Shown here: positions 25,409-38,124 of the stretch, in pieces
How the letters are laid out: every line of letters starts with the position of its first letter
How positions within the stretch are numbered: position 1 is the stretch's first letter
DNA from: Podarcis liolepis
Lineage: Eukaryota
DNA: 64,000 nt
Reading direction: 5' to 3' (one strand)
Assembly (NCBI GenBank): GCA_965112155.1
Contig: OZ218110.1
Notes under the pieces: model-generated
Told to the model about the DNA's origin: nothing
Database searches by the model: none
Seen by the model: only the letters and a program-made list of their open reading frames with translations
Position numbers and translations under genes: made by a program

Positions 25409-26911
25409 ATCCTCTGCAGAGGACAACACCTGGCCACCTGAATGCTTTCAGATCCCCAGAGTCATTCTTCCCTAAGTTGCTTTTATCATTTAGCTCACAC
25501 TCTGCCTCTCCTCTTCAGTCTGGAGTCACTTTCCAACGTCAGAAAAATGCTTCTTTAGTTACCTCTCACACAAAGACTTTCCCATCAGCTTCATTCTCTC
25601 CATCAGTGGGAGTCATCTTCTGGTAGCTCTCTGGTTCAGAATATTTCAGAAATATCTCCAATAATTTCCCTGCCATTAGCACCATTAAGGAGCCATCAGC
25701 AACTCATCTCAAGTCATCATTTGTGCAGTCCTGTAGCTGATTGTGTGTGTGTTTGTTTCTGTGTGAGAGAAAGGCTTGCTGGCCCATTATGCTTCCATGT
25801 TGCAGATCTGCAATTTTGGACAAATGCAGCCCAAGACGTCAGATTATTAGAAAAATCTGGAAGCTGGACATGTATACACTTCTACATTGATTGGGGTGGG
25901 GACTGTTAGTGTATGTCGTAAAGGAACAGTAGCAAGAAATCTGACTTGCATATGGTCTGAACCACTGAGATTATAAGAAAAAGTGGTACCTGGACTTTTT
26001 AGAACCTTTCCCCAGATACCATTTTCTGTTTGGAGCAATATTATTAGCAGTACCAGGAGCAATGATAGTACATACGTTTATATACTGCTTAATGCCAAAA
26101 TAGGTTCCTAAACAGTTTACAAAGTGAGGAAGAGGTAAGTGCACTGAGATCATCTGGCCCAAGCTCTTTCCCTCTTGATCCTGGAGTTGGTAATTTTGGG
26201 GAGAGGGGAGGAGAAAAGAACAGCAGACACCATGTATCTCTTTTTACTTCTCTCTTTCTCTCTGATTCTGGCATGCAGCTTAGAAACAGTGACCTCTTTC
26301 TGTGAAAGAAATTATCTTCCAGCAGTAGTGGAAAGAGAGATGAAATGTTGTGGTGGAGGAGGGAATGATTAACAGGGCAAAAACAAGTTATTTGCCTCCC
26401 CCTCATTCTTCCTGGAGATTTCGGAACAGTTACAGCTTGCTTACAAGGCGAGCGAGATGCTTAAATGGTGTCTGCCCTGCCATCGTGAAAAACGATTTAA
26501 CATTTTTGCTTCTGAATGCAACGTTCCCTTGTTTTTCCCCATAGGGTGTGCTTCTTTGAGTCTCGCCCACAGTTATATATTTACACATGCTTCTGAGGCA
26601 TTTCTTTCTATTTGGGAGTTGAGTTAATCCCCTTTTTTGCCTCTGTCCTCCATTTTACTGGGTGGGTGGGCAGAGTCGTTTTAAACTGACACAGGAACAA
26701 GTCTTGCAGCTGCTCTCAACCACAGACTCACACATGCCTGCATATTGTGTTATGCACCTGAATGGGGTTGGGACTGGGAGTCTGGCCCTACCCCTGGTAT
26801 CAGACGGCTGCCATGGGGTATCTGCTCAGTGAGTGCAGGCATTTGAAAAGGAGCTATCTGCACAGGATCAGCTATTCATGCCTAGAAGCTCCAGGTCCAC
26901 ACTCAAATCAA

Positions 26912-27013
26912 GGGTGTGATGGGGCTCTTCTTCATCAGAGGTTTTTAAACAGAGTTTGGATGACCATCTGTCAGGGATGCTTTAGCTGTCCTTCCTGCAT
27001 TGCAGTTCTATGA
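26912..27013 (+). mobile_element. CR1 LINE 3' fragment
   Basis: GAGGTTTTTAAACAGAG...CCATCTGTCAGGGATGC...CCTGCATTGCAG; matches 32840-33019 in reverse. Confidence 0.65.
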
Positions 27014-27427
27014 GTCTGTGTTGCAAGTGGGGCTAACTCAGTCATGTGACGCTTCATGCATGTAATATACATATGGAGAGGGCTGCACTCTTCCTGATTT
27101 GTGATTACCTGAGTCCTCCCTCCGTCTTTCTGTGAACTCAACTCCCAACAACATCCAGTAATATCACAGTTTTGTTCCAATTGTTTTTTAAAAAGTGAAT
27201 CACTTCGCAAACTCATGTCCCATTGGAAAGCTGGGGTGTTCCCCCAAATATGTAGAAGCCACTGACTGATTTTGGAGGGCTCTGCTCTAGGCTGATGTAA
27301 ACTCAAGCACCTAAATAACTTAGTAGACAGCATATCATCCTTTGTCTACTGTCCTGCAATGGAAGATACAATACCCCAATCCCACCTCTTCCGCTGTATA
27401 TTAAAGGCAGCCCAATGCTTTCTTCTT

Positions 27428-28412
27428 CTTTTTTAACATCTTTATTGAAAGTTCAAAAATTACATAATTATATGTGCACTAAACATGGTGAGACTTAAAT
27501 TAAAAAGAGAGAAAGAGAAACAGCCCGCGTAGAAGGGAAAATAAAGGGGGGGCCCAAAACTGTATATTTTACAAGGTTATTATTGTACTTCACCAGATCT
27601 TAACCTATTACAGTACAGTGGTGCCCCGCAAGACGAAATTAATTCGTTCCGCAATTTTTGTCGTCTAGCGAATTTTTCGTCTTGCGAATCACGAAATCCC
27701 ATAGGAATGCATTGAAAATCAATTAATGCGTTCCTATGGTCAAAAAAAGTCCAAACAAAGCCAAATTTGGTACAACAACAGTTTATTAACTGCTCTTTAA
27801 AGTCACACATACTGTAAAGAGCAGTTCAAAAATTTAAGGGAAAATAAATTAACTTTATAAACAAAACATGTCTTTGTTTTTAGACAAAGAAAAAAAAGTC
27901 GCGAGACGTTTTCGTCTTGCGAAGCAAGCCCATAGGGAAATTCGTCTTGCGAGGCAAATCGAAAACGGAAAAACCTTTCGTCTAGTGAGTTTTTTGTCTT
28001 GCGAGGCATTCGTCTTGCGAGGTACCACTGTATTTGTAAGAATGGATTCCAAATATCATTGAATTAGTCCATGGCAAGTCTGCATTTATATGCAAGTTGT
28101 TCATATATTGCGAGTTTGTATAAGTCTTTTTTATTTTTCCATTTTATTGGTATCAGTCTTTTTGCTGTGGTAAGTGTACGGAGAGTCCACTTATACTGCC
28201 CTTTTGTAAGGTTCCATGTGCTGGGTATATAATTCAAGAGAATATTTTTGCTCGGTAAATGTAAGGTTGTTCCATACAGTTCTGTTGATGGTATCAGTTA
28301 CTTTCTGCCAAAAACCTTTCACTATAGGACAATGGAAAAACATATGTTTTAAAGAAGCATTATCCCTATTGCGTCTCCAACAAGGGGGTCCAGTATATCC
28401 TAAATATTATTG
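27428..28412 (-). mobile_element. L1-clade LINE 3' fragment interrupted by a MITE
   Basis: minus-strand translation CWRRNRDNASLKHMFFHCPIVKGFWQKV...AKRLIPIKWK...FNDIWNPFL (decayed ORF2 zinc-knuckle C-terminus with frameshift and stop). Confidence 0.8.
27616..28030. mobile_element. Tc1/mariner (Tigger-like) MITE
   Basis: TIR CAGTGGTGCCCCGCAAGACGAA/TTCGTCTTGCGAGGTACCACTG, TA TSD; ends shared with the 52161 copy. Confidence 0.9.
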
Positions 28413-28741
28413 TTTTGTTGTATGAGCCTCAATTTAAGCCCAGTGCTTTCTTTGACTCACAACCTGGCCAACCCATCCATGGAAGAACTTCAGAAAGATG
28501 GCCTTATCATTCAGGCAGGTTCATGTGGGAGCAAGGAAGATTCTTCTTAGACTTAGAGGATTTACGTTGCTGGGAGCAGCCTTGTGTTGACAACTTGTGG
28601 ACCAGGAACTGCATGCAGATGAGTGAGTGGGCTGGCAGAGGAACGGAACGTTGTGTCCCAACTCCAACATCCTTCTCGGTTTCCATGCTAGCTCCGAAGG
28701 CAGGGAAGTCTCTTCTTCCTCCATGACCAGTGTGGAAATGC

Positions 28742-28744
<3 letters not shown>

Positions 28745-28779
<35 letters not shown>
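28745..28779. repeat. (GT)n microsatellite
   Basis: direct inspection. Confidence 0.95.
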
Positions 28780-28780
<1 letters not shown>

Positions 28781-28959
28781 TGACCTGACCCTCCTCTCCC
28801 AGCCCATTTGGTGGAAGTTGGCTTTTTTGTTTGCTTGCTTGCTTGCTAGCCTAGTAGACTGCATTTCAGTGCTGGGCATGAAGAAGGAAGAGGCTTCACA
28901 GAATCTAAAATGCTCATGGAAACTTCAACAAGTAATAAAACACGCTGACCTCCTCTGCC

Positions 28960-29264
28960 CTGTACATTTAAGGCAGCGTTATTCCACTTTAAGCAGTCGT
29001 GGCTTCCCTCAAAGAACCATGGGAACTGTAGTTTGCTGGACTTTGTTGAGAGACTCCTCTTCCCCTCACAGAGCTACAATTCTCAGAGTTCTCTGGGGAC
29101 ACGGGTCGACTGTTAAATCACACTGGGGCCTGTAGTTCTGTGAGGGCACTAGGGGTCTCCTAGCAACCCTCAGCACCCTTAATGAACTACAGTTCCCAGG
29201 ATTCTTTGGGGAGAGCCATGACTGTTTAAAGATACTGCTTGAAATCTCTGGTGCAGACGAGGCC
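28960..29264. mobile_element. palindromic non-autonomous DNA element; related copy at about 29622-29795
   Basis: GGGAACTGTAGTT/AACTACAGTTCCC and CCTCACAGA/TCTGTGAGG mirror arms. Confidence 0.6.
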
Positions 29265-30332
29265 TTAGTGGGCATCACATTTTTGTATGTGGTGCTCTCT
29301 GTGTGCTCGCTCTACTTTTTCTACTAGTCCAGAGCAATATCTTTTTAAAAAGAAAGAAAGAAAAGAAAGCTCTTAGGACTAGGACTAAAAGCCTTAATTG
29401 CCGTGATTAATTGCAGATTAAAAGTGTGGGCTGTTAATCACAGTAGTACCCCATGGGGTGGGGTGGGGGAAGGAGCTAATGGCAGTGTTGCTAAACAAGC
29501 ACTATGCATTGCTTGGCTGGAGGTTTCCCACACAGTGAATTATTTTCCTGTGCCACTTAGTAAAGAGAAACTCTTCTCTCCATCCTCGCCACTAAATAGC
29601 TTGGAAATATCACCTGAACTGAGGCTGCACCACAATACCTTTGAAGCACATTCAAGGCACATTCTTTACCTCAAAGGATTCTGGGCACTGTAGTTCGTTA
29701 AGGGTTGCTGGGGATTGTGACTCTGTGAGGGGTAAACTACATTGCCCAGAATTCTATGAGGGAAAGAATGTGCTTTAAAGATATGGCGTGCCTATGGTAC
29801 CTGAGATAGTTGTTTGGCATTTCAGGTGAGATACCCACACAGTTGCTCCCAGTACCATTCACCACAAGGAAGCAGCTTAAGGTCCAAATTAATGTGGTAG
29901 AAGACAAGGTTCAGTAAACCAGTTCTGGACATAAATACAGACATATACAGATACTTACAAGTGCAAAGTATCTCCGTTGCTCCAAATAAACTGCAGTAAT
30001 TCAAGATGTAACATGGACAAGTTAAACCAACAGGCTGACAACTCACAGACAAACTGACGGAGTTGACATACATTAATCACAGATATAGTCAGGGTACTCG
30101 GCCTTTGACATAGCAACTGGCTTGGCTGACCTTGCACCTGTGATTAGCTCATCCACTGAGTTATTTTCAGCTCATGAATGAAATCAACCCCTTCTCATGT
30201 TCATTTATTCCAACAGTAGTGACATATTGATTTTTAAGCAGATAATTAACTAAATAAGCATTTGTTGTGTACAACTATGGGCCAGTGTAGATGGTACAAT
30301 AAATATGTGGCTGCTGAGAGTGTTTTCTGAAT

Positions 30333-30752
30333 ATAGGGAAAGCCAAATGTGTCACTTTTGATTTCTCATATTTCTAATCTTAAATTCAGTCTTCCACATT
30401 TCCTCATCAGGTTGCAATTTTATTTTATTTTAAACCTCTTAAAGATTTATCAGTGTTTAGTCTTTGTTTTCCTAATCTAATGTACAGTTGTTTGAATGCA
30501 ATTTTGTTTAATATACTCATTTTTGCAAAGCAGTTTCCTCTAATGTATGCTATTTTCACTACTATGTGCATTTTTCTGCACACTTTGGTATATGCTTTTT
30601 TTTTTTTGTACACATTGCTTGGCCAGAGAACTGCACTGCAAAATTTCAAGAAGTGTGAATTTCAATGGATGGTTCTTGTCTACTTGGGAAAGTGCAGATG
30701 ATGTAGGTTCGCCTTTAAATGCGAACTGAATCAAATTTCTGCCCCATCCCTA
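30333..30752. mobile_element. AT-rich non-autonomous DNA element; related copy at about 46199-46960
   Basis: TAGGGA...TCCCTA ends; shares GAGAACTGC...TGCAAAATTT...AATTTCAA with 46490-46530. Confidence 0.55.
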
Positions 30753-31029
30753 GCTGTATATGTATTAGATGTGTATGTGGTCTGTATATCTGTATACATT
30801 GTGTGTGTGTGCATGTGCATGCATACATATGCTTTGACCACACCCACTGCTGCCATGATCCCCAGAGGGTGGTTAATCATCAAATGTGGCCTCAAGGCAG
30901 AAAATGTTAGCCATTCCTGTACTAGACATCAATGAGGGAGAGCTAAATTAACTTTTGCCATAGTTTTGCTGGCAGCCATGTGTTTAATATAAAGTGCAAA
31001 AACAAGCACCAGATTCTCTGGTGGCCCAC

Positions 31030-32548
31030 TGGAATGCAGAGTTAACCAGGACTATTGGCTGTCTGGCTCTGAAGCGTCCTCTCTGATTGCATGGTTTTCC
31101 CAGAGCTGAGGGCGATGAAACAATCGCTGTGAAGGTTAGAGCACCAGTGAAGCAAAACTCATTCTGAATCAGACTGAAAATGGGTTAGAGCTCAACGTCG
31201 AGCCTACCACGTGGTAATAGCGACAGAGAAGAGGACCTTATTTGCCACCTCTATTGCATCTGCAGAAAACAGCAGGTGGTCTTTCAGGTGGTCCACAATC
31301 TAACAGAACCACCTTCACCATTGGGATCTTGTAAGGACCCCAAGATCTCCTGCAATGATTTTGCAAAGTTTTTTTGCAGATAAAGTTGCTCAGATTCGGA
31401 AAGAGGTTGATTCCACCGTAGTGGGGCCAGGGCAGGAGAGTGCTAGAGTCCTGTCTGGTCAAGTCGCATGGGATCAATTCCAATCTGTTACCTCTGAGGA
31501 TGTGGACAGGCTGCTTGGACGAGTGAAACCGACCACCTGTCTTCTTGTTCCTTGCCCATCCTGGCCCATAAAAGGAAGCTGGGAAGGGCTGGGCGATAGG
31601 CTCTGCGGGGTGGTGAATGCCTCCCTCTGTGAGGGAGTCTTCCTAGACCTGCTTAAAGAAGTGGTTATTAAACCGCTTCTTTAAAAACCATCTTTGGACC
31701 TGGCCAATATGTCCAACTATCGCCCAGTCTCAAATCTTCCATTCTTGGGCAAGGTGATTGAGCGGGTGGTCGCTGAACAACTCCAGGCATGCTTGGAGGA
31801 TGCGGACCACTTGGATCCCTTCCAATCAGGATTCAGGCCTCATCATGGGACTGAGACTGCTTTGGTCACTCTAGTCGATGATCTCCGGTGGGCCAGGGAC
31901 TGAGGTAAAAGCTGTGTTCTGGTCCTGCTGGATCTCTCAACAGCCTATGACATCCTTCAGGACCATCTAGAGGAGTTGGGAGCTGGGGGCACTGTTATAC
32001 AGTGGTTCCATTCCTTCCTCCTGGGCCATGTCCAGAAAGTGGTGTTAGGGGGTGAGTGTTCAGACCCCTGGGCTCTCACTTGTGGGGTGCCTCAGGGCTC
32101 TGTTCTCTCCCCCATGCTTTTTAACATCTATATGAAGCCACTGGGAGAGATCATCTGGGGGTTTGGGCTGGGCGTTCACCAGTATGCAGATGATACCCAG
32201 TTCTACCTCCAAATCTGAACCTGTGAAGGCAGTGAAAGTCCTGTGTAAGTATCTGGACGCAGTTGGAGGATGGATGGCGGCTAACAGATTGAGGTTGAAT
32301 CCTGACAAGACAGAAGTACTGTTTTGGGGAAACAGGTGGCGGGCAGGCATGGGGGACTCCCACGTCCTGAATGGGGTAACTGTGCCCCTGAAGGACCAGG
32401 TGCACAGCCTGGGAGTCATTTTGGACTCACAGATGTCCATGGAGGTGCAGGTCAATTCTGTGCCCAGAGCAGCTGCCCAGGGTGGCTGGGGAAACCCAGC
32501 CAGATAGGTGGGGTATAAATAAAATCATCATCATCATCTTCATCATCA
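31030..32548 (+). mobile_element. decayed L2 LINE: RT region joined to its 3' tail by an internal deletion
   Basis: FFADKVAQIR, NYRPVSNLPFLGKVIE, FQSGFRPHHGTETAL, GVPQGSVLSPMLFNIYM, HQYADDTQ with stops and frameshifts; L2 tail at 32470-32548. Confidence 0.93.
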
Positions 32549-32839
32549 ATGGTTGCTACCAAATACTGACAAATACTAACTGCCATTACATGTCAACTGT
32601 CATATATTGCCAAGTATCAAATACTGAACAAAAAGCATTGCTTGTAAAAGATAGCACATAAGCAGTGTATATATCCAGCAAATATTCAAATAATCAGACA
32701 ACAGATGGTGAATTTTTGACCTTGAAATTTCGAAAGGAAGAGTTCTGAAAGCATATTTGATTCAGATCCAGATTTAACCCTTTCGTTATTAGAAGATGTC
32801 TACACAGTGCACTTAAATCAACAGTTTGGGTATGTGAAT

Positions 32840-33019
32840 AATAGAATTGTAGGGTTGGAAGGGACCCCGAGGGTCATCTAGTCCAACCCCCTGCAATGCA
32901 GGAATCTCAACTGAAGCATCCATGACAGATGGCCAACGTCTGCTTAAAAACCTCCAAGGAAGGACAGTCCACCACTTCTCATGGTAGTCTGTTCCACTGT
33001 GAAACAACTCTGACTATCA
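32840..33019 (-). mobile_element. CR1 LINE 3' end
   Basis: ATAGAATTGTAGGGTTGGAAGGGACCCCGAGGGTCATCTAGTCCAACCCCCTGCAATGCAGG followed by CR1 body sequence. Confidence 0.85.
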
Positions 33020-34849
33020 CCAGGTTGGGCACTGCATCCACCAAACTTAATTCCCCCTCCAGGCTCCTTTAGAACATGAATTAGTAGTTCCCTTTAGGAG
33101 ATTAAATTTCAAGGGAGAATGTGCTTCCCCCTGTAATCCAATTTAATCACCCCAAAGGGGCTGTGAAGGCACAGAGCCCTTTCAGCTTAAGGGATCCCAT
33201 AGAGAGGGAGAATCAGACCCATTCCCTGACCTCATCCAGTGTGCAACTTATAACACCAACTTTCCTTCTAAAAGCAGAAAGGGAGCTGGCTTTCCCCTAA
33301 AGGCCTGTGTGTTTCTGAAGTCTGCTGCCATGCTCTGCCAGGACTCCTTCCAGGGAATTTCAGGTTGTACAATTAAATATGATTTTGTGTTCTTGGAGAA
33401 CCTGCCTACTCAGAGAAATCTGACTTTCTTTCCTCTCTTTTTTTAACTGTAAGGAAAGTGACCGGGAAATGCACTTGAAAGTGTGGAGATAAAAATGTTT
33501 GATGTGATGACGTATAACCTCCCCACAAACAATGAATAATACATAATAAACAGGTTGTCTGGAAGTGAACTAAGGTACCCTGGCAGCATGTAAATGTTCA
33601 ACTCTTGGTGTTGCCATGCTGTTTGCCCTCCTCCCTTTTAATTAAGCGTTAAAGGCCAATTTGTCAGCTGTATTAGGTGGCCTGCCACCAGCCTTCTTCA
33701 AAGCTTACTGATTCCTTTTCCTAAACAAGCCCATCACTTTTAATCCCTGTTCATATGAGCAGAAGGTACTCTACTGCAAAGGCCATTTAAAAAAAAAAGC
33801 ATTCAGGGGAAGCTCATCATGAACGAGAATTAACTGAGCCATGGATCAGTGAAAAAAAAGGACCTGGGGTGGTGTTCTTTTTTGTTTCCAAATTGCTCAA
33901 ATGAGTTAATAACTTTTCAGATTTATCCTACAGTTCGTGTGGCATACGGATGACACTCCAAAGAAATCAGCTTGCCATTCATGTGCTCACATTTATTCAA
34001 TCAAACTCTCATGATTATCCATTAGTGGTTCTGTCAGATGAAATAGTGCAGGGGATACAAGTAGGGTTCAACAAGATAATTTAACCCATCATTGCCTCGT
34101 CTTCTTCAATTGATACACCTCCAGAATACGTAAATCTTCATTCTTGGGTTTCATTTGAGCTGGGGCTTCACTCCAGCCCTGGAGCATGTGAAATAGCAAT
34201 AAGGAGAAGGATGATGAGCTCACAGAGGCTGTATTTGGACATCATGGTTAATGATAGTTTGCTGTAATGGGAATTAACTAGGCTCCTTCCTATACTTGCA
34301 TGCGCCCCTCAAGGTGTAGATCAGAAGCTTTCACTTCTGATTTCAGTTCAGCAAAGTTTTGGATTAGTCTGAATCCTATATATGGTTAATGTTGACTATG
34401 GGTTTTTTTGTTTTGTTTTTTTAAAAGATGGATTCAATAACCATGGTTGGATGTTGGCTTCTTTCAAACAAACCATAGTTAAGATCAAGCACAATGTGCT
34501 GGGTTCAGTTAATGGGAAATGGAAGCAAAAAATTCCAAACTTCTCCCTGTGGCCATGCTAAAAGAGGAGGGGGAGTACATGAGACTGAAAGGAGCTAGGC
34601 ATGTTTCCATCACACTACACCGTAGTTTACTGTGTTGCCCAGACACAGCCTGTATATGCTCAGATACCCTCTTTTTCTTTATTTCTGTTTCACATACTCC
34701 TGGGCTAAAGCATGTTTAAACCCATAGTTTATCCTGACATCTAAACACAGGCAATATGTGCTCAGTCTCCCCATTTTCATTATTACTATTTAATACACTC
34801 CAGGGCTAAACCATGGTTTATTGTTACCCGCTCTGAGACCCCACAGCTA

Positions 34850-35066
34850 ATTCTCCCCTGGCCTCCTCGCCGGCCCAAGTAGGACCAATTCAGCCAGCTA
34901 GCCCTAATGCTTATTTCCCCTAAATTGATTTCTGAATTTTGAATTTTATTGTTATTCATGTTTTTATACTGTATTTTATGCTGCTTTTACAATTAAGTGT
35001 TTTAAATTTGTTGTTAGCCACCCTGAGCCCAGTTTTTGAACCGGGAAGGGTGGGGTATAAATAAAA

Positions 35067-35117
<51 letters not shown>

Positions 35118-35121
35118 TATT
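34850..35121 (+). mobile_element. L2-type 3' tail with (TTA)n
   Basis: TTGTTAGCCACCCTGAGCCC...GGGAAGGGTGGGGTATAAATAAA plus (TTA)n; similar element at about 41330-41597. Confidence 0.7.
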
Positions 35122-36682
35122 GTGCAGTCCGAATGCAGCTGCATAGACCACAGAGATTACAAGAGAGGGTCTCCTGGTCAAAGGGCATGCATTTCAGAGA
35201 GTCTTGAGCTGTAACATCTTTCATTTTAGAAATCAAATTCTGCCTTTTTAATTCAAAGCATCTCTCCCCCTCTCTCCCAGAGACATTGTTCTGTTTGGCT
35301 GTAAACAGCAGGAAGAATTATTTGCCCAATAAAGTGCGGCAATTATCTTGTAACAAGAGTGTCCAGAGCCCTGTTGGCGAATTCTTCCGAAGCTGCAACC
35401 CCATCCATCTTCCTTCTCCAGAGCTGTCAGGGCACTTCCTGACACAGCAATCACATCTTGTTGCAGACACTGAAATGTCTGGACCAACAGTGTACCCTTC
35501 TCATCAGCATATATCTGCATGTGTTACTTAGGCTGAAGGAAGGCATCCTTCTTCATATTTGCCTTTCATATGTTATAGCATCTTCAAGGTTTACCCTGAG
35601 CAATATAGGTGCCTGCTCACTCCACAAGCAGGTAATTACACTATCAGAGGACAGCGCTTTCATTTTTATTTTTTAATACGATGCGCTATAAACAGGAGCG
35701 AAGAAAAGGATGGAAAGATTTCTCCGCCCAGAATCCAGCAGACCTGGCAACCCTACTTACAGCAGCAGGCTGCTATCATCATCTCACACTGCTTGTGAAC
35801 CTCACTGCAGTTTTGAAAAGGAATATTCATTGAGGGGAGAGATGGCACTTTACAGGCGATCAGTGGGTGATGAAGGAAAATGGATAGAGGAATTCCCATG
35901 CTGAAAATACTCTGAATGATCAAATATGTCCCAGGTATAACAGAATATTGGACATTTACATGAGCTATCCTTGTTAAGTGGGGCCTGCCAAAGCAATTAA
36001 AATATGCCAATATATCTGAAGCACATTTAGTACCTTCAGAAACATTAGCTCGTTTGTTTTTTTTTAAGTCACCATTCAGCGTTTAAATTACAAGGTCTCC
36101 TTTTTGCCAATTTTGAACAATTTGTTTCAGTTTTTCTCACAGTTCTGCTCTCCAAAGTTTGTGCTGGTGGAGTGAAAAACCACATTACTGCAGTCATTCC
36201 TACACTCCACCCAGCCTTTCAGAATGAGCTGCCATAGACTCATAACGTTACTGAATTTTAAGAGTTGGAAGCAGCCTCAGAGGTCGTCCAGTCCAGTTAT
36301 TTGTAAGCCACATTTTCCACAAGTGCATTGGATTGGCTCCAAATTAAGTTAGTCGCACTTCAATGCAATCAATTCAACAAGCTAGTCATGACTTAATTTT
36401 AAGACCCATTGATTCCAAAGGGAGCAAAGTACAACTAGCTTACAGCACAGTCCTATACATGATTACTCTAAAGTGTGCTCCACTGACTTCTATGGGACTT
36501 GCTCACAGGTAAGTTGGTATAGGAATTGCAGCCTTACTCTGGTTCCAATCTACTGCACCCAGAGCAGTTCACAGAAAAGTCATAATCCATAATAACATTT
36601 TTAATACCGCTACAACATGACAATTCCAGTTAGCAATTCATTTAAGGCACATCAAAGATTTGACTTACTCCTTCTCACACAG

Positions 36683-36767
36683 GTTATTCTCTTCTGGATC
36701 AACCTTGCCGCAGCTTCCATCCAGGATGAACACTGTGAGAACCTTTCTCTGGCCACCAACATCACTG
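36683..36767 (+). CDS. CRHR1: CRHR1 coding exon 2 (VILFWINLAAASIQDEHCENLSLATNIT-G)
   Basis: pyrimidine tract and CAG acceptor, donor CTG|GTAAGT, 85 nt, phase 0-1; matches the CRHR1 motif ASLQDQHCESLSLASNISG. Confidence 0.95.
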
Positions 36768-37064
36768 GTAAGTGGGCTCCTGCTATTTGGGTCTTGTCTC
36801 CGGAAAACCATCACACTATCCTGCTTCACGGACAGGGGAAATGCAAGCACTCGCCAAGGTTTTAAGACTACGAGATTGATCTCTGTGTTTTGAGACTAAG
36901 GTTTGTGCCCAGTGGCCTGGACTCAGTAAATGTCAGGTTCTGGTTGGCAGTGGGTAACTTGGCTCTTTAAGACCAAGGGTAGGGAATTTCAGGGCAAGAG
37001 GCCATGAGAGACAGATCTACACTCATGGTTTTTAATGTTTTCTTCCTCCTCCTCCTCTTCTTCT

Positions 37065-37500
37065 TTAATTTTTTAATTTTTTTTGACAAAGTAATAATTA
37101 TAAATAAATAAGAATAAAAATGTGAACCCCACCACTGAGACCATTCCATTGTAACTATCCAACCTCCCAAAATTTCAACACCTCTTGTGTTTTAATGGTA
37201 CAAATTCTACAAACACCCTCCATATCTCCTCAAAATAATTTCTCCTGCATATTCCCCGTCTTACTTTAATGGCATATGTTAATTTATCACCAATTGCTAT
37301 ACCCCACACCTCTTTATACCACTCTTCCATTTTGTATTCTGCTTGCCCCTTCCACTTCCTAGCTACAATAATACGTGCAGCTGTCAATAAATTTATGAGC
37401 AAGTCCTTCATAGCCTGTGAACCTTCCACCCCATCGTAAATTGCTAACAATGCTAGGTTTTTAATGTTAAGGAAGGGTTGAGGAATGGTTTTGATAACCA
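37065..37500 (-). mobile_element. L1/Tx1-clade LINE 3' fragment
   Basis: ORF 37175-37534: LLTAARIIVARKWK...EEWYKEVW...FEEIWRVF, typical ORF2 C-terminus; A-rich tail on the minus strand. Confidence 0.75.
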
Positions 37501-37766
37501 TATGGCCGCATGACATTCTACTTTTAACGTTCATAATGCGTTACTAAAATATGACACCAGAGGGTCACCATGGACCAGAGCACGCCAGGCACTCGTGTCT
37601 TCCACTGCCTCCTGCAGTTTGGTCCAATATAAAAGCCAACAAAGCCACTTTCTATAAACAAACATTATCTTCAATCCTCAAATGCCCCTTTCCTGAAACT
37701 TTTCCAACTATAGGTTCCTGGAAGGTTGCCTAATGTCACCCTCAAACTGAAAAAGATTCATCCCGG

Positions 37767-38124
37767 CAGCAGCAGAGCAAGCCGATAGGGCACCTAAGGT
37801 GGCGCACATGCCCTGCGCCCAGAGCCAAGGCCAGTCGCCTGCGGGGCAGGGCAAGCTGGGGCAGGACGCTCCTCGGGGCCTCCAAGGAGTCTGCCTGCCT
37901 CCTTCCACTCAGCCGCCCTACAGCTGAGGCAGGGGCAGCAGGCGGACCATTTGGGGCAGCGCGGAACCTGCGGGCGCCCAAGCCACCGCGTCACTCCCTG
38001 GAGAGACGCATGACTCGGGTGCGCTGCAGGCCCCGCGGTGAGTGCCGCCCGGCATTTTGTCACCCCCCTCAGTGGTGACACCCAGGGTGACCGCCCCCAC
38101 CGCCCCCCTCTTCTTCCGCCTCTG
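37767..38124. mobile_element. GC/CpG-rich non-autonomous hAT element
   Basis: perfect 8-bp TSD CATCCCGG (37759-37766, 38125-38132); CAG...CTG imperfect TIRs. Confidence 0.8.

Noticed and set aside
31030-32548. Functional reverse transcriptase gene
   Set aside because: Multiple stops, frameshifts and deletions; a decayed L2 copy
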